From the human T2T-CHM13v2.0 reference genome, Homo sapiens: DNA of 64,000 nucleotides. Each line of letters begins with the position of its first letter. Position 1 is the first letter of the stretch. Positions 1 through 14,039 of the stretch are shown here, in pieces. The stretch lies in NCBI RefSeq assembly GCF_009914755.1, contig NC_060931.1; one strand, given 5' to 3'. The notes below the pieces were generated by a model that made no database searches, was not told the origin of the DNA, and was given only the letters and a program-made list of their open reading frames with translations. The position numbers were made by a program, and so were the translations under genes.

Positions 1-177
1 CCGGGGCCTGTCAGGGGGTGAGGAGTTAGGGGAGGGATAGCATTAGGAGAAATACCTAATGTAGATGATGAGTTGATGGGTGCAGCAAACCACCATGGCA
101 CGTGTATACCTATGTAACAAAACTGCATGTTCTGCACATGTACCCCAGAACTTACAGTATACATTTTTTTAAAAAAA
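1..177 (+). mobile_element. L1PA (about L1PA7/8) 3' end with A tail, cut by the window edge
   Basis: GGAGGGATAGCATTAGGAGAAATACCTAATGTAGATG...TGCACATGTACCCCAGAACTT followed by an A tract matches the primate L1 3' UTR. Confidence 0.9.
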
Positions 178-229
178 GCTCTTGTATTAAAAATAAATAG
201 AAAGAAGTCCAAGACCATATTGCAAGTTC

Positions 230-700
230 CATTCCTCACATGAACAAATATGTATTGGACAGCAACTACATGCAAAGTGCCATTCTAGGCACTGATGTCA
301 AGGAGCTTGAAATCCAATGGTAGGACAAGATATATGTAAATTACTACTGTAAGATGTACAAGTGCTGCAAGAATGACAGGAAACTGTGAAGTATTTAAAG
401 AGGCTTCGGAAAGAGTGTCAGTAGATAAGTTTTAAAAAGTAAGTTTGGACAATATTGCAGACTATATTGCAGAGGGTTTTTAACAGTGGGGGATGGTGTT
501 TTTATTGACTTCAATAGAAAATGTAAGATTATGAGCAGAAAGGTGATGATGAGAATGGTGTTTCAGCTAGCTTCTTCCAGGGATTGTGGCAGTTTGAAAA
601 CAGGTCAGGCTAGAATTAAGATGCCAGTTAAAAGGACATTATCCTCAGGTGAGGATTAATGGAGACCCTGCTTACAGGTGGGGCAGAAAGAAGGAAAGGA
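230..700 (-). mobile_element. L2 fragment
   Basis: CATTCC..AACAAATATGTATTGGACAGCAACTACATGC..TTCTAGGCACTG resembles the reverse complement of the L2 3' end, followed by purine-rich L2-like body. Confidence 0.55.
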
Positions 701-765
701 GGGAATAGATTCAATACAGACAGACCTATATATGTGACCAAAAACTACTTCCTTACAAGTAATCT

Positions 766-1219
766 GGATATGGTTTGGATATGGATTGTTCATGCCCGCC
801 AAAACTCATGTTCAAACGTGATCCCCAAAGTGGCAGATTGGGCCTAGTGGGAGGTGTTTGTTTTTGAGAACTGGGAGCAGATCCTTCATAAAGATTCAGC
901 ACTGTTCTTGTAGTAGTGAGTTCTCCTTCTGGCGAGAAGGAATTAGTTCTTGAGAGAATGGATTAGTTCCCAAGAGAGCGGATTGTTATAAAGCAAACTT
1001 CCTCCTGCTATTTAGTCCCCCTTCCCACATTCCCACTTCACCTTTGACCTTCTCCACCATGTTTTGACACGGCAGAAAAATCCTCGCCAGAAGCCCAGCA
1101 GATACCAGTGCCATGCTTCTTGTACAGCCTACAGAAACGTGAGTCAAATAACCCTTTTTTCTTTATAAACTACCGAGACCCAGGTATTCCTTTTTAGCAA
1201 AACTAAATGGACTAAGGCA
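766..1219 (+). mobile_element. MST (MaLR; MSTB/C/D-like) solo LTR
   Basis: Starts GATATGGTTTGG...CCAAAACTCATGTT and ends GGACTAAGGCA; imperfect 5-bp TSD AATCT/AACCT. Confidence 0.85.
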
Positions 1220-1224
1220 AACCT

Positions 1225-1430
1225 CTAATTACATTATAATTCAACACATACACATTTGCATACATCAGTGAAACAAACATTTCACAAAAACGCTTCCCTT
1301 ACTATGTGTAATGCACACTAATGTTTTCTATTGTTTAATTCCCTTTCTTTTTTTTACTTAAAAACTGAGGTTAAACCACTAAACCAATTTCCTCATCTAC
1401 TGGGTCATGACCTGTGGTTTAAAAACACTG
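1225..1430. mobile_element. hAT-Charlie-type DNA transposon fragment
   Basis: Ends GGGTCATGACCTGTGGTTTAAAAACACTG, a Charlie-family terminus; subfamily not resolved. Confidence 0.5.
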
Positions 1431-1714
1431 GACTGGATAATGCGATAAAGAAGATGACTCAGTTTTAAATCGGGGCAATTGAGAGAATGGCAGTTTCATG
1501 CATTGGGAAATATTTCATTGAGAAGCCTCAACTTATTGGGACAACAGCTTAATTTTTTCCAGTAACTGCCTTCAGCTATGCTCCATCAATCATCTCCTCC
1601 CCATTTGACTTCATAACTTTTTTTTCTATTTACTTTCTTCATTTACTTCAAGAGCACAACATTGGATAAAGCAGCATACATGTTTCATTATATATTGGCA
1701 TCATTCATGGCCCT

Positions 1715-2380
1715 CTTTTTATTTATTTTACATTTATTAGTAATATAATCAATACTCATAAATCAATTACCCAATCAAATAATTAGAATAGTGAAAAAAA
1801 CTTACATCTATCTATGTTTGCCTCCCCATTCCATCTTTGGCGTCCTCTTACCTACCATGACAATTACCCCAAAATATGTTTATCATTCTCTTGATTTTAA
1901 ATAATAATTGATCACAAATGTTGGTTTAAGACAAAGCGATCAACTTATGTATAAACTTCTAGGGATGGATTTTTTAACTCAATATCATATTATTACTATT
2001 CATCCCTATTTTTGAATATAGCTATGGTTCATTCATTTTTCACTGCTGTATAATATTTCATTTTGTGATCCACAGTCATTTATTTATGTATTCATTTTCT
2101 CTTTTTTCCATGAACATTTCTGTTATCATGTTTTTTTCATTGTTTTTACTGCTACAAACAGTGTTGCTAGATACATTTTTGTACCTGTGGCCTGTGTGTG
2201 TAATTATGAGCTTATCTTGACTACATATCTAGGAGTAGAATTGCTGGCTCATAGGGTCTGAGTATCTTCAACATTACAAAATAATCCCAAAATCCTTAAT
2301 CAATTTACTTCCCTCTAGCAAAGTATTGAAGACACTGTTGCTTCACATTCTTTCCCTTTGGTGTCTGACTTTCTTCTAAC
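1715..2380 (-). mobile_element. old L1M(E) 3' region
   Basis: TTCATTTTTCACTGCTGTATAATATTTCATT and CTAGGAGTAGAATTGCTGG motifs of antisense L1M. Confidence 0.7.
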
Positions 2381-2858
2381 GTTTTTTACTCTCAGAACAA
2401 TCTCATTCTGTTTCCTTAAATTCAGTCCTGGTAATTTAGAAATCTCAGTATCACGTGAATTTAAATCTCTCTTTCAAACACCCTTTTCTCACAATCGCAT
2501 CTTAGGCCTGCAGTTCTAATAGCTTGGAGTAGAGGTTGGGGGCCTGAACTCTTTCACACACAACTGCTACACCTACCCCACCTTTGCCAGTGCTTCCCTT
2601 CTGGTCTAAAGGTGACAAGGAAGGACAGAGGAGGCAGAAGTATTTTTACTCAATGGTTCCAAATCAAATTCTATAATTTCCTGTTGCTGCTGGGACAAGG
2701 ATGGCAAAAAAGGTGGAGAGAGATGGAGGCAAGTGAAAAATTGGGGAGGTGGGAAAGGCTTGGAACACAGCTGACTCAACTGAAACAGTTCATCAAACCC
2801 TCAGGGAAAGTGCCCAACTCCTAATGGTATGCTCCATGCATTTAAAATGTGGGTTATT

Positions 2859-3172
<314 letters not shown>

Positions 3173-3996
3173 TTAGCATTTTTTGTTCGCAGCTTTGAGC
3201 CTGAATCACAATTTTGAAATAAATCCCACTCAACACCCAATACTCTGTTCCAGAGAAGAAGCATCACGGTGTTAAAGGGAGAGAAGATTCACTTTAAGAA
3301 CATTTTGAGTTTAATTTGCTAGTGAAACATCAGGTGAGGTTTTCTAGTAAGCAACTGGTAACCAGTCTGGACCTAAGAAGAATAATATGGATACAGATGA
3401 GACCCTGGGAATGAGCCGCATTGCTGAAGTCATTTAAGCATAGGTATTACTATGATCTATTTTGTTAATGAAAAACTGAAGCTCAATTAGTAAAAATAAC
3501 TTGCCCCAAATCTATAGCCACCCAGAGGCAGAGAGATCTGCCTCTGAAATTTTGTAAAATCCTTTGACCATACAACGTTGCCTGACAAAAAGCACAAAGA
3601 AAGAAGGCAAAGGGGTACTTACAGTAAGCATTATTTTCTTTGGAAATCATGGAAATATAAGTGAGAATTACACAAATTAAATTAATTATCCTTTATGTAA
3701 TCTGCTTCTGATCACTCAGAGGATAGAAGAGTCCCTATACCCGTTAAAATACGACTACACCCTAAAGAAAGACCATTCTTAAGGAATAATGAGGGTGTGG
3801 GGATATGAGCAAGGTGCAAGCGGGGCATAAAGTAGGACATGGCATCATGGGAATCAGCTAATGAAGCAGAGATGAAAGAACATTGCAGAGGTGAATAGTG
3901 GCAGTGCTCATCCAAGCTCCAAGCACTACCCATGGGTAGAAGAAACACGGGCCTCAAAACTCACCCTTTCCAATTCATATCAAGAATACACATCCT

Positions 3997-4308
<312 letters not shown>

Positions 4309-7022
4309 AAGAGTACACATCCTTATTGTGAAAATAAATTGCATAGGCTGCTCCTCATTTTCCTGTCCCGTGCTCACTATGCAGCCTGCTAATGGTAAAA
4401 CGTGGCTTCCCTACCCTTGCCTCAAAGACAGAATGCATTGACCAGAAGACAGGAATATCCAGCTCCCTTGGCTCCTCTATATCTCACTGCCATTGAATGT
4501 AATTTAATCCAGCTGAAAGAACCCATTTCTGGTAAAATTTTCCATAAGGATAAAGAATGTATGATCAATTTCTGAAGCTAAGGTTATCAGATTCCTAATC
4601 CCAAAAGGCTCTAGGCAATGATCACTCTACCACGGAAAGGACTTTGATAAGGCTCTGTGGCCATCCAGCACCTTCCACCTCACTGCTCCCCTCCACTGTG
4701 GACTTGTGTGTCAAGTAAAGAAGTACAGCAGATAAGTAAAACGGAAAAAAATAATGAAAGAATTACAAAGGAAGACTAAGGAAAGAGCCAAGTGTCTACA
4801 CGACCACAGGAGGGAGAATATAATGGTAGGATAAGCAGAGGGTGGCTGTTCACTGTGTCAAATGCTACAAAGGTCATAGGACCTGAGCAAGTAGAAAAGA
4901 CTTTTAACTATTAAGTATTTTCTATATGTCAGTACATGGTGATGAGCAAAAAATATGTTATGTATTAAAAGCTAATGGATAGCAATGGAAGAACTACTAG
5001 CTGAATGAAGATTTTAAGTGGGATTATTTAAAAGTGCTAGGTAATTTAGAAAATTATTATTTATAATCTTTGAAAGGAAGAATAAAAAGGAGTAAAATTA
5101 AGTGCTTTGACTTGTTAAAAGTACAGGTTGCTAATTCACTCAATTATACACAGTCTGGGTTTGGACATTTAAGAACATCAATGTGAAACCAACTCTACAA
5201 AATGAAGGGAAACCCAGACGATCTCTTGAGTGTTTGTCTATACAGAGAGTCTTCCCTTTAAGAGATGATAGTTCTGATAAAACTGCATCCGTTGATCACA
5301 AATGTGAATGGCTGGGGGGAAAGCAATTTTACTTTTCAAAGTTAACTTCTGATTTGAGTCACGAAACACAGTATTCCTGAAATACCTGCTTAAAAAAACA
5401 AACAAAACCCTGCCCTTCTCCTTTGTAGTTTCAAATTTCCCAAAATGCTGGCATCTCAAGTGCAACTAAATACATAAGCCAGAAGACCCTTAATAAATAG
5501 TGGTGCCTCTGATGGGACGGATGCCAGCCATCCCTTCCATGTCCAGTGACTGAGTTCATGTTCAAATTTCATGTGAAGTTTAGATGGGGAGAGTTCTGAT
5601 TCTCTAAGATCATCTTTATTTAGAGTAGAGACAGGGACATGAAAAAGGATTACCTAAACAGTTCCAATTAAACAAGGAAATTGTATAAAGACCTATTGCA
5701 CTTACCTAAACATGTGGCTTAGAGGATCACATTGCCCAGCTTTGATAGCCAAGCAGTGCTAGTGGAATCCTTCTTTCCCAGTCAGTAACCAATAAAGTGG
5801 GAAAAGCTGTGCCCCTTGTTCCCTGTCTAAAGGCTGCAGGCGAACAGGCTGCTCATTAACTGCAACCAGGGAGTAACCGAGAGAGTATCTGCCAATTCCG
5901 ATTTTTCCTTTGTGTCCAGACAGAATTCATTTGTTAGGAGTCTCCTCTGTGACCTTAGAGTTGACTACAGAAAACAATACATTTACATGATGAAGGTAGC
6001 GTCAAAGATTTCAGTTTATTAACAACTTGGAAAGACGCTAATTCTGGACCCAGTAAATACACAGATGGTTCATTTAAGGAGGAAATATCTGCAAAGTCAT
6101 GTTTCCTGGTGTCTGAGACCTACACAATAGACAAGTCAAATGGTTAGCAATCTCAGTAGTGTTTCTTTAATTTGATTTGAATCCTGTACTTTCAATGTTG
6201 ACTTCTGAGCTTTATCTTGACTTTCTTTGATTGGCACGCCCTTCCCAAGGAGCTGGTTGTCTAGGTGATGAATACTGCATGTCATAATAAAACAAAATAC
6301 TTTTGAGGTAAACAGTCACTAATGCACTGGCTTTGGAAGTTTAACCTCTCCCCTGATGGAGGGAACGGGCATGAGGATGCCTCCCCCTGGAAATTGTCAA
6401 AACAGGGTTCAGTGTCAATTCATCCATGTACTTGCTCATCCTTGACGATCTGCAGTGAATCTACATTATGAAAATATTTTTAGTAAGCTGGATTTTTTAA
6501 GAAATAAGAAAAGAACACTACATCATCTCCTGCCAATTGGTATACGGCATGTGTAAATCATTTCTTTACAATTCCTTTCATAACTTATAAAATTCACATT
6601 CCAAGAATTTCCTGGAAGGATGTATGCAGTTAGATTTAGGTGGTTATGCCCTTTTCAGTTTCAGCACAGCTTTGAGTCTTGCCCCAACCTGAGACCTGAC
6701 CCCCAACCCCCGATTATCAGTAATTCCATCTAGTTCGCATAAAGAGTTCTCTCAGTTATTGCTCAGTGACAAGCAGTAGCTTGAGAGAGGTGGGAATAGA
6801 GAGCAATATAATAGCCAATCCCTTTGTACTTTTTATGGAAAGTAGTGAAACTGAAGAGAGACAAAAGCCATCTTGAAAGAGTGAAAATGACAACAGGACA
6901 TCCGTGGCTCATTAGGCTAGCACAGTAGGCTTCCCCATTTGGAGAAATGGGATTTGAAGTCCCAAGAACAAATGAAAGGTAATTGTTTTGAATGCTCATG
7001 CTATTATTTATTTATAAGAATC

Positions 7023-7077
7023 TACACACACATACCACATGCACACACACACATACCTTCACACCTACATGCACACC
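7023..7077. repeat. degenerate (CA)n tract
   Basis: ACACACACATACCACATGCACACACACACATACC. Confidence 0.7.
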
Positions 7078-8449
7078 AGAGAGCTTAGTAAATGAGTATG
7101 CTGTGCCCAAGAATGGAAAGGGTAGAAACAGCAGGAGCAGGTTCGTTGGCAGAGCTATACAGCAAAAGACAAATATACCCAGCATACAGTATGTGTGCTT
7201 GGCTCAAGTCTGTGCAATTAGTACTTCTATTTACAGCAAACCTCTTGTACCAGCAATTTAAGAGTAAATGACAACTAGTTTGAAATTGTTTGATCAGAAT
7301 GCAAAATTGAACCAAGGTAGGTTCTAAAGCAGATTAACTAACTCACTTTTTTTCCCCCTCCTGCTAATTGAGAGTACATGTGCTCATTCCTGGCATTGAT
7401 TTGCTGGCTTCTAATTCAGGATATGAGTTTAAAATATTAATCCACAAACTTCTCATTTTCTTTATTGGTTAATACAACTCATGACAAATTGTACTGCCTA
7501 AATTCTTCATCTTAATGCTTCCACTCTGAATTTTTTTCTGATTCTTCCATCTATTTCATATATTTGTCCTTATCACTCCCCTCACAGGCTATATTTTTAT
7601 TTTTTCCTCTGCTAAATTTTCTTAGAGCAACATTAGTCAGAAAAATGAGAATATGAGTAACAGAGATTAATAGATACCACTCAGAGGACAGAGGCTCAGC
7701 ACAATGTAAGCTCTGTGCTGAAGAATGGAATCATTGGAAAGAAAAAGAGTTGGGTGCCCAGAGGTTGATGTGGGCTGAGTCCTTCTTTTCTATGAACGTT
7801 TCCAAATACCTTATTTGGCAAGCACTGAGTCTTGCATTAGTCAATCCGTTTTCCTTTGGAGTTTGCAATTAATCTAATTTTCCAAAGATGCCAATTTGCC
7901 TGTTTGCTGAAGAGAACAATATTGGTGTTACACAGAGGGTAGTTGACCCAAGCAGACACATAATGCCTGATCTTGAAGCCTATTCTTTACAGATAAGGAG
8001 ATGAACTACACTCTACTCTGTAGAATGACTCACAAAGATGATTGTTCCAGCAGCTAGTGCCATGAAAACCTCTGCATTCCAAAGCCCATTTTGAGAAGTT
8101 ATTGTTCTTCAAAGAGCCTACTGTTTGCATTACAATGTCATTTACATTACATCAGAAAAAAACTAAAATTCACCTTTGCCAAAAGGAAAGGCAAAATCAT
8201 TACAGGAAGTTATACTTTCTTATTTCTAAAACAAAAATTGCCCATATGGAGAACCAACCAAAATAAAAATTTCTTGGGAACAAATGTCAACCATTTAAAA
8301 GATATATTTGATGTTAACATAACACAGGTATTTTTTAAATGATACCACTTTTTTCACAACAATTTTCCTAATTATTCACACCACTTACAATTCAGAGAAA
8401 TAAACTCGGAAGTGTTTTGAGACATAAAGAGGGGAGGGAACTTTTTTTT

Positions 8450-8620
8450 AAAAGACCACCTGTGTGTGAAGTGCTTCACTCAGATCATTTCACTAGACCC
8501 TCAGAACAACCCTGTAGGGTCCACAGGATATTCTAACAGGTAAAATACTGAGGCACAGAAAGACTAAATAAATCATCCTGGATCACACAGAAAGTAAGCT
8601 GTATATTAAGGGAACATCTG
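8450..8620 (-). mobile_element. MIR
   Basis: CCCTCAGAACAACCCTGTAGG...ACAGGTAAAATACTGAGGCACAGAAAG MIR core. Confidence 0.7.
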
Positions 8621-9319
8621 TCCTGAACCATCATAACCTTTCCAGCACAATACATTATATGCTAAGTTTCTTTCTTCCTTTTCTCTCTTCCAAAAGCAAA
8701 TGTCTTATAACGCAATGACTAGAGAACTCTTCAGGAATATATCACCTAATTTAGTAAAGGTATTCTTATGAATAAATCAAATTCATTTTTAAGAGAATCA
8801 AGGATATTTTCTTCTGCTATAAAGTCTTCAAGAAATAATTTTAATGTTTTGTTTAAATTAATATATGCTCTTCTATTTAATGTGCGTGTCCTAATTTGTA
8901 TTTTAGTATAACAAATTCAAGCACAGCACATCATAATTATGAACAATTCTTCATATGTAAACATAAAGCACACCAGTGACCTACCAGGAGTAGGTAATAT
9001 TATTCAAGTTGTTTTTCCAGCAGTAGTGATGAATTGGCACCGATTCTTTCTTTCTTCTTTTCTTCCCTGGTTCCCTTGGGGAAAATTGTATGTATTTGCA
9101 TTTGCCAGAAACTCTATTTAAGATTGAGAGCATAAAAAGTGTCCCAAGTGAAACAGCCCACAAGGGAATTACACCTATGACCTTGGCCTCATTCATATCA
9201 CGCTCGAACCAACTGAGTTAAGCAGCTGTATTTTCTTAAGTACAAGAACATATTTATTTGGTAAATATGGGAGTTTCGACTTCTCCAAGCCCCTCAGAGA
9301 CCATTAAGTGGACTTCAGC

Positions 9320-11045
9320 ATTCACTTGTTCAACAGATTCTGATTGAATACTTAAATGCAGACAGTCTAGTACTTAGTGATTTGAGAGCTTAGTGATTTG
9401 CATCAAGCAGTACAAGATGTGACTCCTGGTCACCAGGAATTACAAGTTAGTTGATTAAGGGAACAACATACACAAAAGTATAGCCATATGTATTAGGTAA
9501 GCCTGGGCCTGGATTCAGAGAAACCTGGCCTTGTATCCTGGCTCTGACACTTACTGGCTATAGGATATCTATCATACGACTTCTTCTTTTAGGTTCTACT
9601 TCCTTACATGTAAAACAGAAAGAACCTCAGAAGTAGTCTTGAGACCCAGATGAGAGCCTATTCTTCAAGTTCTTCACATAGTGACTCACATATATTGAGC
9701 ACCCAGTATATTGTAGCCACTGTGTGAAAGATGGGAGAGATGAGAATCAAAATTTTCTAATCTCCTAAGATTACTTAGTTTGTCCAAAACTAAAACTCTG
9801 CCCAAGCCAAAACTATCCATATTCTTCTCCATCTCTGCTAATTGGCATCATCATCTCTAAAGCAATCTGTGTAAACTAATGCGTATACTTCCCTGTCTGC
9901 TAGATTTCAACATCTCAATACTATTTCTTGTCACTTAATTTGCAGAACACCTTTACCTCCCCTCTGAGCTATTTTCTCAGCTACTCTCCAATTAAAGCTT
10001 TTGATTCCTGGGCTGGACCAGTACCACCTCAGTAATCCCCTGACTTGGCATATTTCTTCCCAGTTTCTCATTCATCCAATCAGCCCCCCGTGTAACTGTC
10101 CTCAGCACTCTCACTAGACACAGTGCTAGTCAAGTCCTGACAGCATACATTGGACTTTCTAGGCATTGTCTATAGAGTACTTGTTAAATTGTCAACAGTT
10201 ATATAAAAATTCCTTTCTTTGCACTTCCACTTCCAATAGTACTCTGAATATTTGCCATTTGACATATCACACAGAGGTCAAACTTCACAATCATCCCACC
10301 TGTCCTATACTTTTCCCCCTCAGTGTTTTCAGTTTTTCTATTCTGTGCCTCCTGTACTCTGCCTATCTTGCAAAGCCCTACTTCAATGCATCCTCCTACC
10401 ACAGACCTCTTATGATGCCTTCTGCCTGAGATAAGCTCTTCCATCCTCATGTTCCAATTACACTTCATTTGTAGTTTCATACAACGTTCACTGCAGTATA
10501 CTTGTATTACAATTATTTGTATTATATGCCTTTCTTCAAACTCTAAAACAAGCCCCCACCCTGAAAATAGTCATAGCACCTTATACCTCACTTCATCTTA
10601 CAAAACTTTAGAGCAATAACTTGCTAAACCTGCATGGTCCAATCCTCTTACTCCTTTATTCACTTTTAACACTTGTGCTTTACGGAATAAGGTTCTGTAC
10701 GTGATCTCCCAGCTCCTAAATTGTATTGCAATTTCAGTTCCTAGTTTTACTTGGCCTCTCTGCAGCACTTCGCACTATTCACTACTCCTTTCTCTCTTTA
10801 AATCTCTCTTCTATTGGCTTCCATAACACCACTCCTTCCTAACTTTACCCCCTAGAACTTTCCTTCCTCTTGATTTATTTCAGAGGTGTCTTTTTTACCT
10901 ACCCTTAAAATATTGGTATTCCCATGTTTCCCTTATCAGTCATGTCCCATTTTCATTCTACATGCAATCTTATGGACTCAAAAAATGTGACCCAAATCCA
11001 TCAAATTCTTCCCAAAATCCTGTCACTCAAGCTAAAAACCTATAA
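9320..11045. mobile_element. cluster of L2 and MIR fragments
   Basis: CATTCACTTGTTCAACAGATT (L2 end), GTATCCTGGCTCTGACACTTACTGGCT (MIR), pyrimidine-rich L2 body. Confidence 0.55.
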
Positions 11046-11048
11046 ATC

Positions 11049-11400
11049 ATTTTTAGTCCATTTTGGCTCCTATAACAAAATACAATGAATGAGGTAGCTT
11101 AAAAACAACAAAAATTTATTTCTCACAGTTCTGTAGACTGGGAAGTCTACAATCAAGAGGCCAACTGATTCCATGTCTGGTGAGGGTCTATTTCCTGGTG
11201 CATAGATGGCTCCTTCTCACTGTGTTCTCACATGATGGAAGGAACAGGGAGCTCCCTGGGGCCTCTTTTATACGGACAGTGATCTCATTCATGAGGGATA
11301 TTATCACCTTTCCAAAACCTCGCTTCATGATAACATGATTTTGAGGGTTAGGATTTCAACCTATGAATTTGGGAGGGACATAAACATTCAGACCACTGCA
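11049..11400 (-). mobile_element. MLT1A/MLT1A0 LTR
   Basis: TTAGTCCATTTTGGCT..ATAACAAAATAC..TTTATTTCTCACAGTTCTG...GGACATAAACATTCAGACCACTGCA. Confidence 0.85.
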
Positions 11401-11417
11401 GTCACCTTAGAGGCCCC

Positions 11418-12173
11418 CCAATGGCACACCAGCTATCAATCTATTGCCTCTGAGCTCCAAACCTACCCTTCATTGCCTGCTGATGATCCTGGAGCTGGAT
11501 CTTATAAATATTTCTCCTCTGCCAGCCAGCCCAAAGTGAAGCTTTGTCAGTGAAGATAAGTGGAGACTGAAGAAGGAAGGGGCTTCTCTTCTTGGTTCCA
11601 GTTTTCTTTTCTCTCTTCTTGCTCCTGTGGTGCTTGTCCAGTATAAAGGACACACAGTGGTGCTCAGCAGCCTCCCCATGGACAGCTTCCCAGACAGTGC
11701 CACTGGTGCCACAGCCAGCTTCCCAGCCAGAAGGGCTGGAAAGTGGCTTCCTGGCATGTTCAGCAGCAACCCTACAGGTAGCCTCCCAACAAATTTCACC
11801 AGAACCCAGAGGCCAGCTTGATGGCAGGTGCGGTCAGCATCCTAGCAGGTGATTTCCTGCTTGCCAGCCTCAGGCTGCAACACCTCAGCAAACCTCTTCA
11901 CCAACCAGTGGATACAGAAACATCCTCCCTATCAAGATCTGAATCTCAGCCTTGTAGGTAGGAGCTTTTCCAAATGTGTTCCTTCCTTGACTGTTCTGCC
12001 TCATTCTCAGGGGCAATGGCTCCTTCTCATGTCTTCTATGCCTTTATTTTTTTTAGCTCTCTTTACCTCTTAGTACTTAATCCTGTGCTACTGATTAATA
12101 TGATTGTATTATTAAACTTTCCCTGTTTAATCACTGTGTGGCTTCCGTCTCCTGACTAGGCCCTGACTGAAAC
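11418..12173 (+). mobile_element. LTR41/LTR41B (ERVL) LTR
   Basis: ATTGCCTCTGAGCTCCAAACCTACCCTTC near the start; TTAAACTTTCCCTGTTTAATCACTGTGTGGCTTCCGTCTCCTGACTAGGCCCTGACTGA at the end. Confidence 0.7.
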
Positions 12174-12687
12174 CCTTCCCCTTTTGAATTTCACCTCCTG
12201 AGCATCTCTCCTGTCCACCAACTTTGCCCCAGTCCCAGAGCTCCTGCCTGAGTTTAGACTCTTGTCATTCTTAGTTTGACTTTTGGTATAAGCCTCCTAA
12301 CCAATTGCCTATCTCCAGTTCAGATGTTTTCTAGTACTTCCTCCTCAACACACCACATAAATGATTCTATAATGTGCAATGGGTGTGAATTTTGATCTAC
12401 TAACTTGAGGATGGATGAAAAGTCAAATCATTTTTTTCTAAAGCCTAGTTAAATCTAACTCTGAGCAGAAATTTTTATTCTTGGTTATTATTGAGTTTCT
12501 TCTAGTCTCCCCAACTCTCTTTCTCCAGGATTATATGACAGTCCCAAAAGGTTTATGTCAATTAAAACCCTATATCTTGAAGGTTGGTGGCCCAGTGAGT
12601 TCTCCCTAAGCATAGGGATCTTTGCTGAGACTGGTAGACCCAGAAGCATGAGCTCAGCCTAAATGGTGCCAGCTTCCTGGGGCACTG

Positions 12688-13343
12688 CAATAGTCCCCCT
12701 TATCCATGGTTTTGTTTTTTGCAGTTTCAGTTACCTGCAGTCAAGTGCAGTCTGAAAATATTACGTGACTACTCTTGCCCTTTGAGGGCATCATTAAGTA
12801 AAATAAGGTTGACTTGAATGCAGGTACTGTGATACCATGACAGTGAATCTACACCCAAGATGGCTACTAAGTGACTAATGGCAATCCGTGCAGGACAGAC
12901 CAGGGTGGAGCAAGATTTCATCATTGGTACTCAGAATGGTGTGCAATTTAAAACTTAACAGTTGTTTATTTCTGAAAATTTCCATTTATGTCACAATGCC
13001 TACGTCATTCAGCTCACTTCCTCTCAACATGTGAGCATTTTATCACCTCGCACAGTCACGAGAAGAAAAATGGTTAAGTATAGTATAACAAGATATTTTG
13101 AGACAGAAAGAGAGAGAGGCCACATGCACACAATTTTTATTACAGTATATCATTATAATTCTTCTATTTTATTAGTTACTGTTGTTCATCTCTTACTGTA
13201 CCTAATTTATAAATTAAACTTTATCGTAGGTAGGTATGTATAGAAAAAAAAAACATAGTGTAGACAGGTGGCACTATCCACGGTTTCAGACACCCACTAG
13301 GGGCCTTGGAACTTATCCCCCACAGATAAAGGGGGGACTACTG
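12688..13343. mobile_element. MER44 (Tigger7-derived) DNA transposon
   Basis: Terminal inverted repeats CAATAGTCCCCCTTATCC ... GATAAAGGGGGGACTACTG followed by TA. Confidence 0.9.
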
Positions 13344-13876
13344 TATAAGGGAATGGAGTGAGGTCTGCATTCATCCTAAAGACTTCTACTCCCTTTGCTA
13401 GGTTGGAAAATCTCTTGCTTCTCTTCTCTCCCCTTCCCTTAACAATATAAGGGCTCCCTCAGAAAAGATTTGTTTCTTCTGGCAACTCAGCTTTTAAATG
13501 TTAAGACCCCAAACTCCCTTAGGCAAAGAAACACAAAATCCTGACCACCTTCTAGAAACGGAGAAAGGGAGAAAATGCATAGAGCACAAAACAGAAATTC
13601 TTAACTCATACAGGGTCAGAATCTCGTTAGTCTGAAAGAAATCTTAAATCCCTTCTTTTACTTTTCCACCAGTTTTGGTGGAAAAACTCTCCATAAAGTG
13701 TTTAGGTTTCAGAGACACAATCTCTCTGGTTTTGGTGACCCTGTTTCTTGCTGCAACTCTAAGCCAATGAACACAGAGCCAGGGGTCTGAATTTGGCAGC
13801 ATAAGGCAGGCAAGCGGTAGAGAAAGAGAATTGCAAGAAGAAAGAAAGAAACAACGTCAGCTAATATCTCAGACTA

Positions 13877-13955
13877 TCAGGTTGGTGCAAAAGTAATTGC
13901 AGTTTTGCCATTGAAAGTAATTGCAAAAACCACAATTACTTTTGCACCAATGTGA
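13877..13955. mobile_element. MADE1 (Hsmar1-derived MITE)
   Basis: TCAGGTTGGTGCAAAAGTAATTGC...CACAATTACTTTTGCACCAATGTGA, ~80-bp near-palindrome with TA at both ends. Confidence 0.93.
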
Positions 13956-14039
13956 TATTATCCAGCCAGATGTTCAATATACTATCTCTCCACAAATGCA
14001 AATTCAATTTTTCACTCCCCTGCTTCTCACCTTTGATTC

